A stretch of 64,000 nt of DNA from the human T2T-CHM13v2.0 reference genome, Homo sapiens, in NCBI RefSeq assembly GCF_009914755.1, contig NC_060937.1; one strand, given 5' to 3'. A model generated the notes under the pieces. That model saw nothing but the letters and a program-made list of their open reading frames with translations. It did not search any database and was not told where the DNA came from. A program made the translations under genes and the position numbers. Each line of letters starts with the position of its first letter. Position 1 is the stretch's first letter. This document shows positions 28,626 through 41,810 of the stretch, one piece after another.

Positions 28626-30268
28626 GGTGCACTGTTTGTGATGTGCACTGGCTCATTCGCTGTCTGCCCTCCCACTCAACCAGGGACTCCTGGCAGCAGG
28701 AACCATGGCTGGCTTCATGGTCCAGCTCTTTGTGCTCCTGTGCAAGCACTAGTGCCATGCTTGATGCATTCTGGGGGCTCAGGAAGTGTTTGTTGAATGA
28801 ATGAGTACATTTGAGAAGTAGCTGTTGAATGGACTCATTGCAAATATTCAGAGAAGGGTCTGGTAGGTGAAAATACGAAGAAAAGAGTAGTTCCCAGATA
28901 ACTTATAATTAGTCAGATGCCTTGTACTTCAGAGAGGGAAGCTCTAGGGTAAGGATGGGACATTGTGCTGACCCCCCAGATAGTTGGGCTCTAACTGGGA
29001 GGTGTGACACCTGCTGTTATAGGGACGGGGGCTGTTAAATATGAAGGTGTCCCCTATCCAGCCAGTGGTCACGGGCATTCTCAGTGAGGTACAGAGTGCA
29101 GCGTTCTGGTCCTTATCTCCACATCCCAGAAACAATATTGTGGTCATCAAAGCCACAACAGTCTGGATCCAAAGCCACGGTGCCAATGTGACTGTTTTCT
29201 CTGGGAGATGCCTCTGGCCTGGGATGCGCTTGGTGGGAAGGCCCAGAGCCCAGTCTCCTCTCACATGGCTTCTGCCAAGCCTAGAATTAGATCAGAAACA
29301 GTGGGTGCTTTACAGGGTTATTTCTCTGTCCAGTATCTGGTCTACCATCCAGAGCCAGGCTTACTTCCCAAAAAAGCGCTAGACTCCTGGCCCTTGACTC
29401 CTTGCTCTCTGACTCCACACAGAGCACAGCCCTTGTTTGCATACCTTCACTTCCCACACCCGGCTCGGTGTACACCTACTTAGGCTGTAACTTTTTCCTG
29501 TTGATACAAATATCTGGCCTGTTTTTCTTCTTTTGCTTTGTTTTTAGATGAACTTTAGTATTTCCAGCGTTTCTTTAGTAACATATCAGTAATTTCTGAG
29601 AGTAAGATACTTCTGCAGCACTCATTTTTTTGGGTGGCATTTCCATGACATTAAATCCACATCCTGGGGTGACTTACTATAATCCTGTTAGCTCTGGCCA
29701 CAGAAGAGTGTATTATATAATAATGTCACACAGAATATTGTTTCACAACACGAGACATATGAAAGGCAAATGCTGTTCTGCAGGGAATCAGGAGAGAACT
29801 CAGTGAGAATGAGGATCTGGGAGAAGCTTCAGAGCCTGGACAGAGAGGAGATAATGGCTGGAGGGTCGGGGGGCCAGCATGTGGCCGCTGGCAGGAGTGT
29901 GGCGAGGAGATGAGCTGGCCTGGCTGCATGGGAGGCTTGTGCAGGGGAACAGGAGGACATGACAAGGACAAAGTCGGGGGAGGGTTGTCACCCCCAGGAC
30001 CATCTCCTCATGCTCAAACCTGCCCGTGCTCCTGAGTTCCAGAATAATCGAATCAGTCCACAGTGGCTGGGTGGAAGGGTGAGTTGTCTAAGAAGGACTT
30101 GGGTGGGAGAGAAGGTAGAGCTCCAAAGCTGAGCCTTGCAGGAAGGCAACTGGGGAGCCAGCCATGGTGGGAGGCAGGAGGAATTAAGGGGGAGGAGGCC
30201 AGGCCAGAGAGGGGCCAGCGTGGCTGTGTGCTGACTGCTGACAGGTGGGGACAATTTCCAGAAGGATG

Positions 30269-30683
30269 GTGTGTTAACGGGGGCACTCCAGAGAAGAACC
30301 CAGAGGATGTGTGTGTGTGTGTATGTGAAAATACACACACACACCACACACACACAGAGATTGATTTTAAGGAATTGGCTGTCGCCATGTGGGGCTGGTG
30401 AGTACAAAGTCTGCAGGGCTGGCTGGAGGCCCAGGTGAGAGCTGAGGATTCCTCCTGGAGTCGGAAGGCAGTGTGGAGGACTTCTTCCTCAGGGGTCCTC
30501 AGTCTTCTCGCTTATGACTGTCCCCTGATTGATTGAGGCCCACCCCCAAGGTGGAGGGGCATCTGCTTTGCTCAAGTCTACCGATTTATGTTAATCTCAC
30601 CTAAAAGTACCTTCACGGCCACATCTAGACTGTTGCTTGGCCAAATATCTGGGCTCCACAGACTAGCCCAGCTGACAACCACA
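30269..30683 (-). mobile_element. MLT2-type ERVL LTR
   Basis: CTCCAGAGAA..., GAGATTGATTTTAAGGAATTGGCT, TGTTAATCTCACCTAAAA, ACATCTAGACTG motifs. Confidence 0.75.
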
Positions 30684-30967
30684 GGTGAGTTCATTCTTCC
30701 TCCCAGCAGAGGCTTCGGAGTCCTGCCACACTGAAAGTTCTAGGGCCACCGCAGCCCACAGGGCTGCTCCTTCCAGGGGCCGATGGTTGAGCAGGGCAGC
30801 CAGTAAACCAGAAGGTGCAGGCCCATAGGGAGGGCTGCCGAGAGGGCGCCAGGGCAGCAGGTGCCAAGACGGGTCGAGAACAGGAGAGCAAAGGAAGCAC
30901 ATAGAATAAAAAGGCTTATTCAGACCCTATGTGTATGTGTGAGGCTGACAAAAAGGAACCACCACAG

Positions 30968-31055
30968 ATGGTAACAATTATGATACCTGCTATAGGTGAT
31001 CTCACAAGTCATGGTAACAGTTATGATACCTGCTATAGGTGATCTCAAAAGTCAT
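30968..31055. repeat. 43-bp tandem duplication (2 copies)
   Basis: ATGGTAACA(A/G)TTATGATACCTGCTATAGGTGATCTCA(C/A)AAGTC twice, 2 mismatches. Confidence 0.97.
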
Positions 31056-33245
31056 CTTAATTTGTTATGTTTTTCCCACAGTGACTGTGTAATACATTTA
31101 TTGTAAGAAAAAAGATTAAAAAATAAACTAGAAGAGACAAGGGATATTTAAGAGTATCATTCTCTTATCCTTTCTTTAAAAATAATGAAGACTGTATTGG
31201 AAATGTAATGGAAATTGCTCTTTGGAAATGAAATGATCACCTGCTGATAAGCATCCCATTCATTAACTACAAATGCAGCCTTTACGGCCATGAGCTTCTG
31301 AGATGGCTTTTTGTTGTTGTTGTTGTTGTTGTTTACTTTTTTTCCTGGACCAGTTTCCAGAATACAAGTCTTATGGTACGGGAGTCTTAGCCCAGGCATA
31401 TTACCAAAGACAGTTATCTGGCTAGGGCTTGAGCTGAACAGAGCCATTGCGATTTTGTTGGGGGCCTGAGATAAGAATTAAGGCATTTAGCGTAGACTAT
31501 TGGGATGCCCCATGAGTCCATTGGCATTACTTGTGTCAGTAAATGAAAAAGGTGATTAAAGTCTACGCCTGACTTTCCCGTTAGTTTCCAGGTGGCCTTT
31601 GGGGTAACTTTTTTCCTACTGTCTCTTAACAGTAATGAAGCATGTTCAGTTGTCCAGGTCCCAGTCCTTCCCAGTGAAAGTTGCTTTACCGCAGCCTTTC
31701 CACAGTCCACAGAGGCTCAGCTCATTTGGGGGAAGCGGTCCTTGGGTTTGGGGTCCCTAACTCGACTTGCAGCAAGTCTGAAACCACATTGTCAGCTGAT
31801 CTGGGTGTTGTTTCCATGTGCTGGGTGAGATTAAAGGAAACCTAAGGGGCTAGAAAAGAAGGCCCCGCCCTAGGGAGAGAGCAGGGAGGAGCTAATGGCT
31901 GCAGAGCCCCCCCCTCCCCACCTTAAATGCCACCTTAAAATCTCCCGTAACAGGAATGCCTTCCCTCTCCGGGCTTCCTAGCGGAACTCAACCATCCTCT
32001 AAGGATGGGATTATAATTGTCTTTACCACTTATTAATAAATGGTATGGGTTAGGCATTAGCTCTACCTTCCAGCAGTTCTACAACAGCGGTCATATTGTC
32101 CCTGTTTTACAAGTGGGCCATTGTGACTTCAAGAGGCCTCCCAGCTAGTAGGTGCCAGAGCCTAATCAGGCTGTGTTTAGTGCAATTCCTAACTCTATGA
32201 CCTTTCTCTGCCTGGCACCACCTTTGACTCCTGTCTCCTGGAAGCTGATTCACTCAGCCTGCACACCTCTGCTCTCCTCTCATCTCGTGGGACATTTCAC
32301 TCAATGCTGCCTCAGCTCCTGCTCAGTGCATGGCTGTGGCACACCTGTCAGCTGCTTAGCCAAGATTCTGAGTGCTTTCTGGATGGTGCCAGGTTTGGAG
32401 GACTTACCTGCAGCCATGGCCCAGCTCTTGTTAATGACAGACCCCAGACAAGTCAGCTTGCTGCCTTAAATGCTCACCAAGGAAAGTTCCTGGAAATACC
32501 TGCACCCCAGCAGGTGCTCCCTGAAGCTCATCTCTCGCTTTCCTTCTTTCTTCTTTGCTGTTCTGTCCTCTTATTCCTTTCTCCCCAGTGTCCTCCTTGG
32601 TCCAGTGGGGATATTTAAGCACCTCACAGAATTACTGGAGTCTTATACCAGACCTTGTGTCTGAAAGACCAGCTACAGTGTCTGGAATACAGTAGTCTCC
32701 ATCTTTACTCCTCTCTATTCCTATATGACATTTCCCACTCAGTGAAAAGCCTTCAGCTGCTGACAGTCTCATTTGTATCATGTTTCCTATCCATGGCCCT
32801 TCCTCTCTTGTCTTGCCAGGTTATAATTTGATGGTGTCACTGCAGTGTGAGTTCGGGTCTAATCTCAGCGTGGATGGTGTCGTGCAGAGGCCGGGTGGCT
32901 CCTTTGTTCCTGGGATCCCCATTGCATCGCTCAGTGCCCAGGCTTCTTGGTGACATCTTGCTGGATGACTTCAGCCTCCTGCACACTCTCAGGTGTGCCC
33001 AGGTTGTCTGTACTTGAAGACTTCCCAGGGAGATGTCACAATGTCCCCAGCTGAACCCTCGGCTGAACCCAGCATCATAGAGTGTTCAGCCAAGGCGATC
33101 AGTCCAGGCCTTGAGGCCCAAAGCTGCCCCCTGGGTCTCTTTTGCCTTCACCTATTGAAACGTATGTTCAGAATAGCTCTTTACTCCTTTGGGTTCTTTA
33201 GAGTTGGCTGACTTTAAACAGCATATCTATCAGTTTAAAGATTTA

Positions 33246-33720
33246 GATTTTGGGAGCAAAGGCGACTCAATGGAGACTGGAGAGTCTTTTCAATAAATGG
33301 TGCTGGAACAACTGAATATCCAAATACACACATACACAAAAGAATCTAGACACAGCATTTACACCTTTTACGAAAATTAACTTGAAATGGATCACAGACC
33401 TAAATGTAAAATGCAAAACTTTAAACCTTCTAGAAGATAACAGATGAGATAATCTAGGTGACGTTGGGTTTGGGGGTGACTTTTTAGATACAACACTGAA
33501 AGCACGATCCATGAAAGAAGAAATCAGTAAGTTGGACTTCATTCATGGTAAAACCTTCTGCTCTGTGAAAGTCATGGAGCACTAAGGAAATCAGATGACA
33601 AGTCACAAAGTGGGAGAAAATCATTGTAAAGCACATATTTAATAAAGGACTGGTATTCAAAATACACAAAGGACTCTTAAAGCTTAACAATAAGAAAACC
33701 AACAACCCAATTAAAAAACA
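33246..33720 (+). mobile_element. L1MC-like ORF2 3' fragment (host of the L1PA insertion)
   Basis: TTTTCAATAAATGGTGCTGG, AAATGGATCACAGACCTAAATGTAAAA, AACAACCCAATTAAAAAA. Confidence 0.85.
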
Positions 33721-34175
33721 GGCCTGGTGGAACCAAGATGGCCAAATAGGAAGAGCTCCAGTCTACAGCTCCCAGCATGAGCGACGCAGAAGATGGGTGA
33801 TTTCTGCATTTCCAACTGAGGTACTGGGTTCATCTCACTGGGGAGTGTTGGAAAGTGGGTGCAGGACAGTGGGTGCAGTGCACTGAGCGTGAGCTGAAGC
33901 AGGGTGAGGCATTGCCTCACCCAGGAAGCACAAGGGGTCAGGGAATTCCCTTTCCTAGTCAAAGAAAGGGGTGACAGACGGCACCTGGAAAATCGGGTCA
34001 CTCCCACCCTAATACTGTGCTTTTCCAGTGGTCTTAGCAAATGGCACACCAGGAGAATATGTCCCGTGCCTGGCTCGGAGGGTCCTACTCCCACGGAGCC
34101 TCGCTCATTGCTAGCACAGCAGTCTGAGATCAAACTGCAAGGCAGCAGTGAGGCTGGGGGAGGGGCACCCGCCAT
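33711..34175 (-). other. L1 ORF0 (antisense), extended to 154 aa
   Basis: ATG at 34175, MAGAPPPASLLPCSLISDCCASNERGSVGVGPSEPG...; no stop until 33713-33711. Confidence 0.75.
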
Positions 34176-36516
34176 TGCTGAGGCTTGAGTAGGTAAACAA
34201 AGCGGCCAGGAAGCTCCAACTGGGTGGAGCCCACCACAGCTCAAGGAGGCCTACCTGCCTCTGTAGACTCCACCTCTGGGGGCAGGGCATAGCCAAACAA
34301 AAGGCAGCAGAATCGTCTGCAGACTTAAATGTCCCTGTCTGACAGCTTCGAAGAGAGCAGTGGTTCTCCCAGCACGTAGCTGGAGATCTGGAGATCTGAG
34401 AACGGACAGACTGCCTCCTCAAGTGGGTCCCTGACCCCCGAGTAGCCTAACTGGAAGGCACCCCCCATTAGGGGCAGACTGACACCTCACACGGCCAGGT
34501 TCTCCTCTCAGACAAAACTTCCAGAGGAATGATCAGGCAGCAACAGTTGCTGTTCACCAATATCCGCTGTTCTGCAGCCTCCGCTGCTGATACCCAGGCA
34601 AAAAGGGTCTGGAGTGGACCTCCAGCAAACTCCAACAGACCTGCAGCTGAGGGTCCTGACTGTTAGAAGGAAAACTAACAAACAGAAAGGACATCCACAC
34701 CAAAACCCCATCTGTATGGCACCATCATCAAAGACCAAAGGTGTGGGGAAAAAACAGAGCAGAAAAACTGGGAACTCTAAAAATCAGAGCACCTCTCCTC
34801 CTCCAAAGGAACGCAGCTCCTCACTAGCAACGGAACAAAGCTGGACGGAGAATGACTTTGACGATTTGAAAGAAGAAGGCTTCAGATGATCAAACTACTC
34901 TGAGCTAAAGGAGGAAGTTCGAGTCCATGGCAAAGAAGTTAAAAACCTTGAAAAAAATTAGACGAATGGCTAACTAGAATAACCAATGCAGGGAAGTCCT
35001 TAAAGGACCTGATGGAGCTGAAAACCAAGGCACGAGAACTACATGACGAATGCACAAGCCTCAGTAGCCGAATCGATCAACTGGAAGAAAGGGTATCAGT
35101 GATGGAAGATCAAATGAATGAAATGAAGTGAGAAGAGAAGTTTAGAGAAAAAAGAATAAAAAGAAATGAACAAAGCCTCCAAGAAATACGGGATTATGTG
35201 AAAAGACCAAATCTTCGTCTGATTGGTGTACCTGAAAGTGACGGGGAGAATGGAACCAAGTTGGAAAATACTCTGCAGGATATTATCTAGGAGAACTTCC
35301 CCAATCTAGCAAGGCAGGCCAACATTCAAATTCAGGAAATACAGAGAACACCACAAGATACTTCTCGAGAAGAGCAACTCCAAGACACATAATTGTCAGA
35401 TTCACCAAAGTTGAAATGAAGGAAAAAATGTTAAGGGCATCCAGAGAGAAAGGTTGGGTTACCCACAAAGGGAACCCCATCAGACTAACGGCGGATCTCT
35501 CGGCAGAAACTCTACAAGCCAGAAGAGAGTGGGGGCCAATATTCAACATTCTTAAAGAAAACAATTTTCAACCCAGAATTTCATATCCAGCCAAACTAAG
35601 CTTCATAAGTGAAGGAGAAATAAAATACTTTACAGACAAGCAAATGCTGAGAGATTTTGTCACCACCAGGCCTGCCCTACAAGAGCTCCTGAAGGAAGCA
35701 CTAAACATGGAAAGGAACAACTGGTACCAGCCACTGCAAAAACATGCCAAATTGTAAAGACCATCAAGGCTAGGAAGAAACTGCAACTAATGAGCAAAAT
35801 AACCAGCTAACATCATAATGACAGGATCAAATTCACACATAACAATATTAACCTTAAATGTAAATGGGCTAAATGCTCCAATTAAAAGACACAGACTGGC
35901 AAATTGGATAAAGAGTCAAGACTCATCAGTGTGCTGTAGTCAGGAAACCCATCTCACTTGCAGAGACACACATAGGCTCAAAATAAAGGGATGGAGGAAG
36001 ATCTACCAAGCAAATGGAAAACAAAAAAAGGCAGGAGTTGCAATCCTAGTCTCTGATAAAACAGACTTTAAACCAACAAAGATCAAAAGAGACAAAGAAG
36101 GCCATTGCATAATGGTAAAGGGATCAATTCAACAAGAAGAGCTAACTATCCTAAATATATATGCACCCAATACAGGAGCACCCAGATTCATAAAGCAAGT
36201 CTTTAGAGACCTACAAAGAGACTTAGACTCCCACACAATAATAATGGGAGACTTTAACACCCCACTGTCAACATTAGACAGATCAACAAGACAGAAAGTT
36301 AACAAGGATGTCCAGGAATTGAACTCAGCTCTGCACCAAGTGGACCTAATAGATATCTACAGAACTCTCCACCCTAAATCAACAGAATATACATTCTTTT
36401 CAGCACCAAAAATTGACTACATAGTTGGAAGTAAAGCACTCCTCAGCAAATGTAAAAGAACAGAAATTACAACAAACTGTCTCTCAGACCACAGTGCAAT
36501 CAAACTAGAACTCAGG
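33726..36516 (+). mobile_element. L1PA4-like LINE-1: intact 5'UTR, disrupted ORF1, ORF2 truncated after the EN domain
   Basis: Starts GGTGGAACCAAGATGGCC (YY1 site). ORF1 ATG lost and stops present. ORF2 runs MTGSNSHITIL...SDHSAIKLELR; homology ends at CTCAGG 36516 with no poly(A) or 3' TSD. Confidence 0.95.
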
Positions 36517-36552
36517 TCAGTATTGGCACCAGCACCTAGGACCCAACATTAG
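35818..36552 (+). pseudogene. Open L1 ORF2 endonuclease-only ORF (233 L1 aa + 11 flank-derived aa)
   Basis: APE-fold motifs LTLNVNG, QETH, NIYAPN, GDFNTPL, KID and SDH all present. Confidence 0.85.
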
Positions 36553-39500
36553 TACTGGCACCCTGCACTGGCACCGAACACTAGCACAAGCATCCAGCCT
36601 CCAGTAAAATATCTTGTATGATGCAGTGTTTCTGTGAATGTTTGTTAAATTGTATTAACACTCACTTTTGTAATTCAATTAATAACTCTGAAGAAGATTT
36701 TTCCCATACTAAGAAATCATCATTGCAGAGTTACAACTCTGTGGGTATGAGATTGCTGTAAATGTTTTTGCATGTCATTAAAAATTAATACCCTATAATT
36801 GTTAACACCTAAGTGTGTGTAATTTAATATGATGTAAGGAGTGACAGTGAGATATTTCCTAAACTTGGCTGAGTGAACAGGGGTAAGCCCTACAGAGCTA
36901 CTGCAGATGGAATTAAGAAGATGGAGTTGAAAAGCAAACCCACAAATCTCCATTCTGTAAGCAAAAATAACACTAAGGCAAAGAATCATTTGCACTGAGC
37001 CCAGTTCTCCACTGCGGCTGGGATGGACTGGCCCTCACCCCAGCCCCGCTGCAGAAGGATGTGGGTGGCTAGTCTCCAGGCCTAGTCTCGGGAGGCACAT
37101 TTCCCATGGTACTCACTAATGAAAGGAGGAGGTGTTATTAATGTTGGCTTACTGTTAATTGTTCAGTGCCCTACAGTTTATGAAGAGTTTTTACATGATT
37201 TCACTTGAAAACAATTTTCAGTGGATGAGGTAGGTATTGTTTTCATTTTACAGAGCAAGAAGCCACAGGTTCAGGATGGTTCATTTATTTCTTCATTTAA
37301 CAACTATTTATTGGCCGTGGCTGTTCCAGACACACACAAGTGAGGAACTCGCCCCAGTGGGTGAGCAGGCAGGGACGGTGCCTAAGTCCCCACATGACTG
37401 CAGCGGAGTGCAGTGGATGCTAAACGTGGGAGCTGGCAGGAGTGCCTGCCTCCGTGCCTCGGAGCTGTTGGAGTGAGCATCTGGGATGCATGTTATACCT
37501 TGCCTCTTCACTCAGATGGAAAGTTGAGCTTCAAATAAAGAGGCCAACTCTATGCCTCTTAAGATTCTTGGGAACTCATAGCGCCCATTGGATCTTCAGC
37601 ACGATCCCATGGGGGTATTTCCGAGTTGAACTTTTCACTTTCTGTCCATTCGGGCTCAGCTACCTGGTGAAGCTACTTGAGATCTTTGTTAGCTGTGTTT
37701 GGTCTGTGTTTTCTGGACAATTACTTTTTAGTTTTTAAATGGGTAGACTACTTAGAAACCACCAAGAGCTGTTACTTGTGTGTTCCTTCAGATATAAGCT
37801 GGATAATTTACCGCTGTGATATAAGACGTTTTCCCCTACAGTACTCACCAGAGTGTCCTCAGAGCCAAGTAAGCCCTCAGGTTCCCACTGGCAGTCTCGG
37901 CCTCGCTACTCTGCAGAGCGCAGGGCAGCAGCCAGGCCAGTGCCACACCTTCCTGCAGGTGTCTGCAGGTCTGCCAACCCCATCAGGGGCTGGACTCTCT
38001 GCGTGAGGTGAGTGGCTCGGGTACAAAGAGACGACGTCATTGGCAGGTGTGGGGGCTGCCCTGAAGCCCTGCTCCCCATAGGAGCCGTTGACGCAGCTTC
38101 CAGGGTCCCCAGTCCCCACGTGGGGCGTGACTGTCATGCCCGTAGAAATGACTTCCCGGCAGTGTTCATTCCAGGGGCAGGTTATCAATCAGGCTGTTTC
38201 TACTATTGGGACGTTGCCTGGTGACATAATTACACATTCCATCTTTGTCTGTTTCCAGGAGAACAGAGTCCAGAAGTTAACTGCAAGGTAACTTGTCAGG
38301 CAGAAGGGGAAATATTTTGTTCATGCTTTGCCCATATCCCCATCAAGACCTGGATAATAATATCAGCTTTTCTTCACAGGGGCATACGAAGGTCATTGAA
38401 ATGTTTGACAGGAAAATAATTTCCTTTAGGATAATGTTCTGATTTTACTACCCAGCACTGGCTTAAGTTAGAGCGAGGGGGTATCGTCTGCATCCCCAGC
38501 ATTGCGAGTTGGCCTTGTTTTCTTCAGGATGATGTAGGCTTGGTGACACAGAGATGATGTGTCATGATGCAGAGTGATCTGCTGTGATTTCACCCAGAGA
38601 GGTGTCAGTCATTCCCGAGCAGCCTGCCATTCCTGTAAGCCTGGGTGGCAAGAGTGCACAGGGAGCTCTGCAGAGTCAGCAGGGAATACCGATTGGCTGA
38701 CCGGTGCAGGATGGTATGGCTGGGTCAGAGGGGCACACCCAGCACACGGCCCCTCGTTCTGAGCTACCTGGCAAAGGGTGCTGCTCGCCTGTTCCCACTT
38801 AAGATGAGCACCCAGGTAGGGGCCGCAAACCCTGATCAGGTCCACCCTAGCAATGTCTGAATATAACCCAAGTCTCTGTAAGGAGCAGTGGGATGGAAAC
38901 CTGTGGTTTCTTAGGCAGTTCCCTTAGGCATCATGCACACTGACAATCACAAATCACGCATGGCAGTTCTAGTGTGTTCTTCCCAGTAGGACAGAGGTGG
39001 AGTCCTCAGGCGGAAGTGGTGGATAGGCTGGATCAGTGGATCTGGCCATGATGTCAGGCACCTAAGGTCGTGCCTGGGGCTCCACAGAGCTGCCTTCTCC
39101 ACTTCTGCATCCCTTGCAAGCCTGCATTCACCTGTTTGCTTCTTGGAAGGATGCGTTGCCCATCTCCTGACTGTGGTTCCTTGTGTCCCACGACCAACCA
39201 TCACCTTCACTTCAGGTAAGTGAGAGAGAAGTGACAGAGAAGAGGAGGCCTTGACGGTGGGGCCGTCCGGGGCCTGTGGAGTCAATATCAGCAACAGCTG
39301 TTAGTTCTGTATGGCAGCCTTTTCAGGGACTTCCAGGAGTTTCCAGACGGCCGCAGTGGGGTGTGCAGAGCTTGGTTTCCGGTTACCACATTCTTCCTAA
39401 GCAGAGTCCAGAAATGGTTGCACCACCCCCCAGGAGGTGTCTCATCAGAGGGGAGAATCATGGGAGAGGCAGCGACACCTGGGCACCCTAGCTTTGTGCG

Positions 39501-39780
39501 GCAGACAACAGCCACACTGCGTTTTCATGTGGAGTGCCCCCTTCAATCCCCTTCCACGGGTTCCGTGCAGTGCGGACACCATAGCATTGCGCTTGTCTTT
39601 CTGGCAACATTCTGACATCCTCTCCTGTTTATCCACTATATTCTGGTCCTCAGGAACAGACACTTTTTTAGATTTATCATTTAACATTAATAGTAGTATT
39701 AGAATCAAGGTCATTCGTAATGTTTTTGTTTACTAATTGTGTTGAGTTTACTTCCAAGGCTTTTGTCACTACTCAGAAGT

Positions 39781-40098
39781 TTTATTTTTATTTTTATTTT
39801 TATTTATTTATTTTTTTAAAAGACAGGGTCTTGCTGTATCATCCAGGCTGGAATGCAGTGGTGTGATCTCGGCTCACTGCAGCCTCGACCTCCAGGCTCA
39901 GGTGATACTCCCACCTCAGCCTCCTGAGTAGCTGGAACTACAGGCGCGTACCACCACGCCTGGCTAATTTTTAATTTTTTTCGTAGAGGCAGGGTCTTGC
40001 TATGTTGCCAGGCTAGTCTCAAACTCCTGGCCTCAAGTGGTCCTCCTTCCTTGCCCTCCCAAAGTGCTGGGATTACAGGCGTGAGCCACCCTTCCCGG
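39781..40098 (-). mobile_element. Alu (AluJ)
   Basis: Antisense dimer. Confidence 0.92.
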
Positions 40099-40419
40099 CC
40101 TCCATCTTTGACATCCATCCTTCCGCCTTTGTAGCTTTGCTCTATTCAGGGACCCTTAACCTGTGCTCCATCACAACCGGATCTCCCTCAGGCTGCAACT
40201 CACCCCTTTGTTTTAAGAAGTGATGACATAAAAGCTCAAGGTGCTGCTTCTTTGAGCTGTTTAAGTTGAAAGGATTCTCTCGTAACATTTTCAGGTGTTC
40301 TGAAAGCTGCTGAAGGAGATATCTTAAAGCAGAGAACTCTGTTGTGTATTTCCAGTTCCTAAGACTGGTCCAGGCGGCCGTGGTGGTGTGAGCGCGTGGG
40401 TGGAGGGGCTGTGGTGTGT

Positions 40420-41810
<1,391 letters not shown>

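Noticed and set aside
30968-31055. CRISPR-like reading of the direct repeats (also 53330/54055)
   Set aside because: Primate DNA, only two copies, no repeat-spacer pattern or cas genes.
34742-35757. L1 ORF1 as a functional gene
   Set aside because: Start ATG lost and several premature stops; only the last 113 codons are open.
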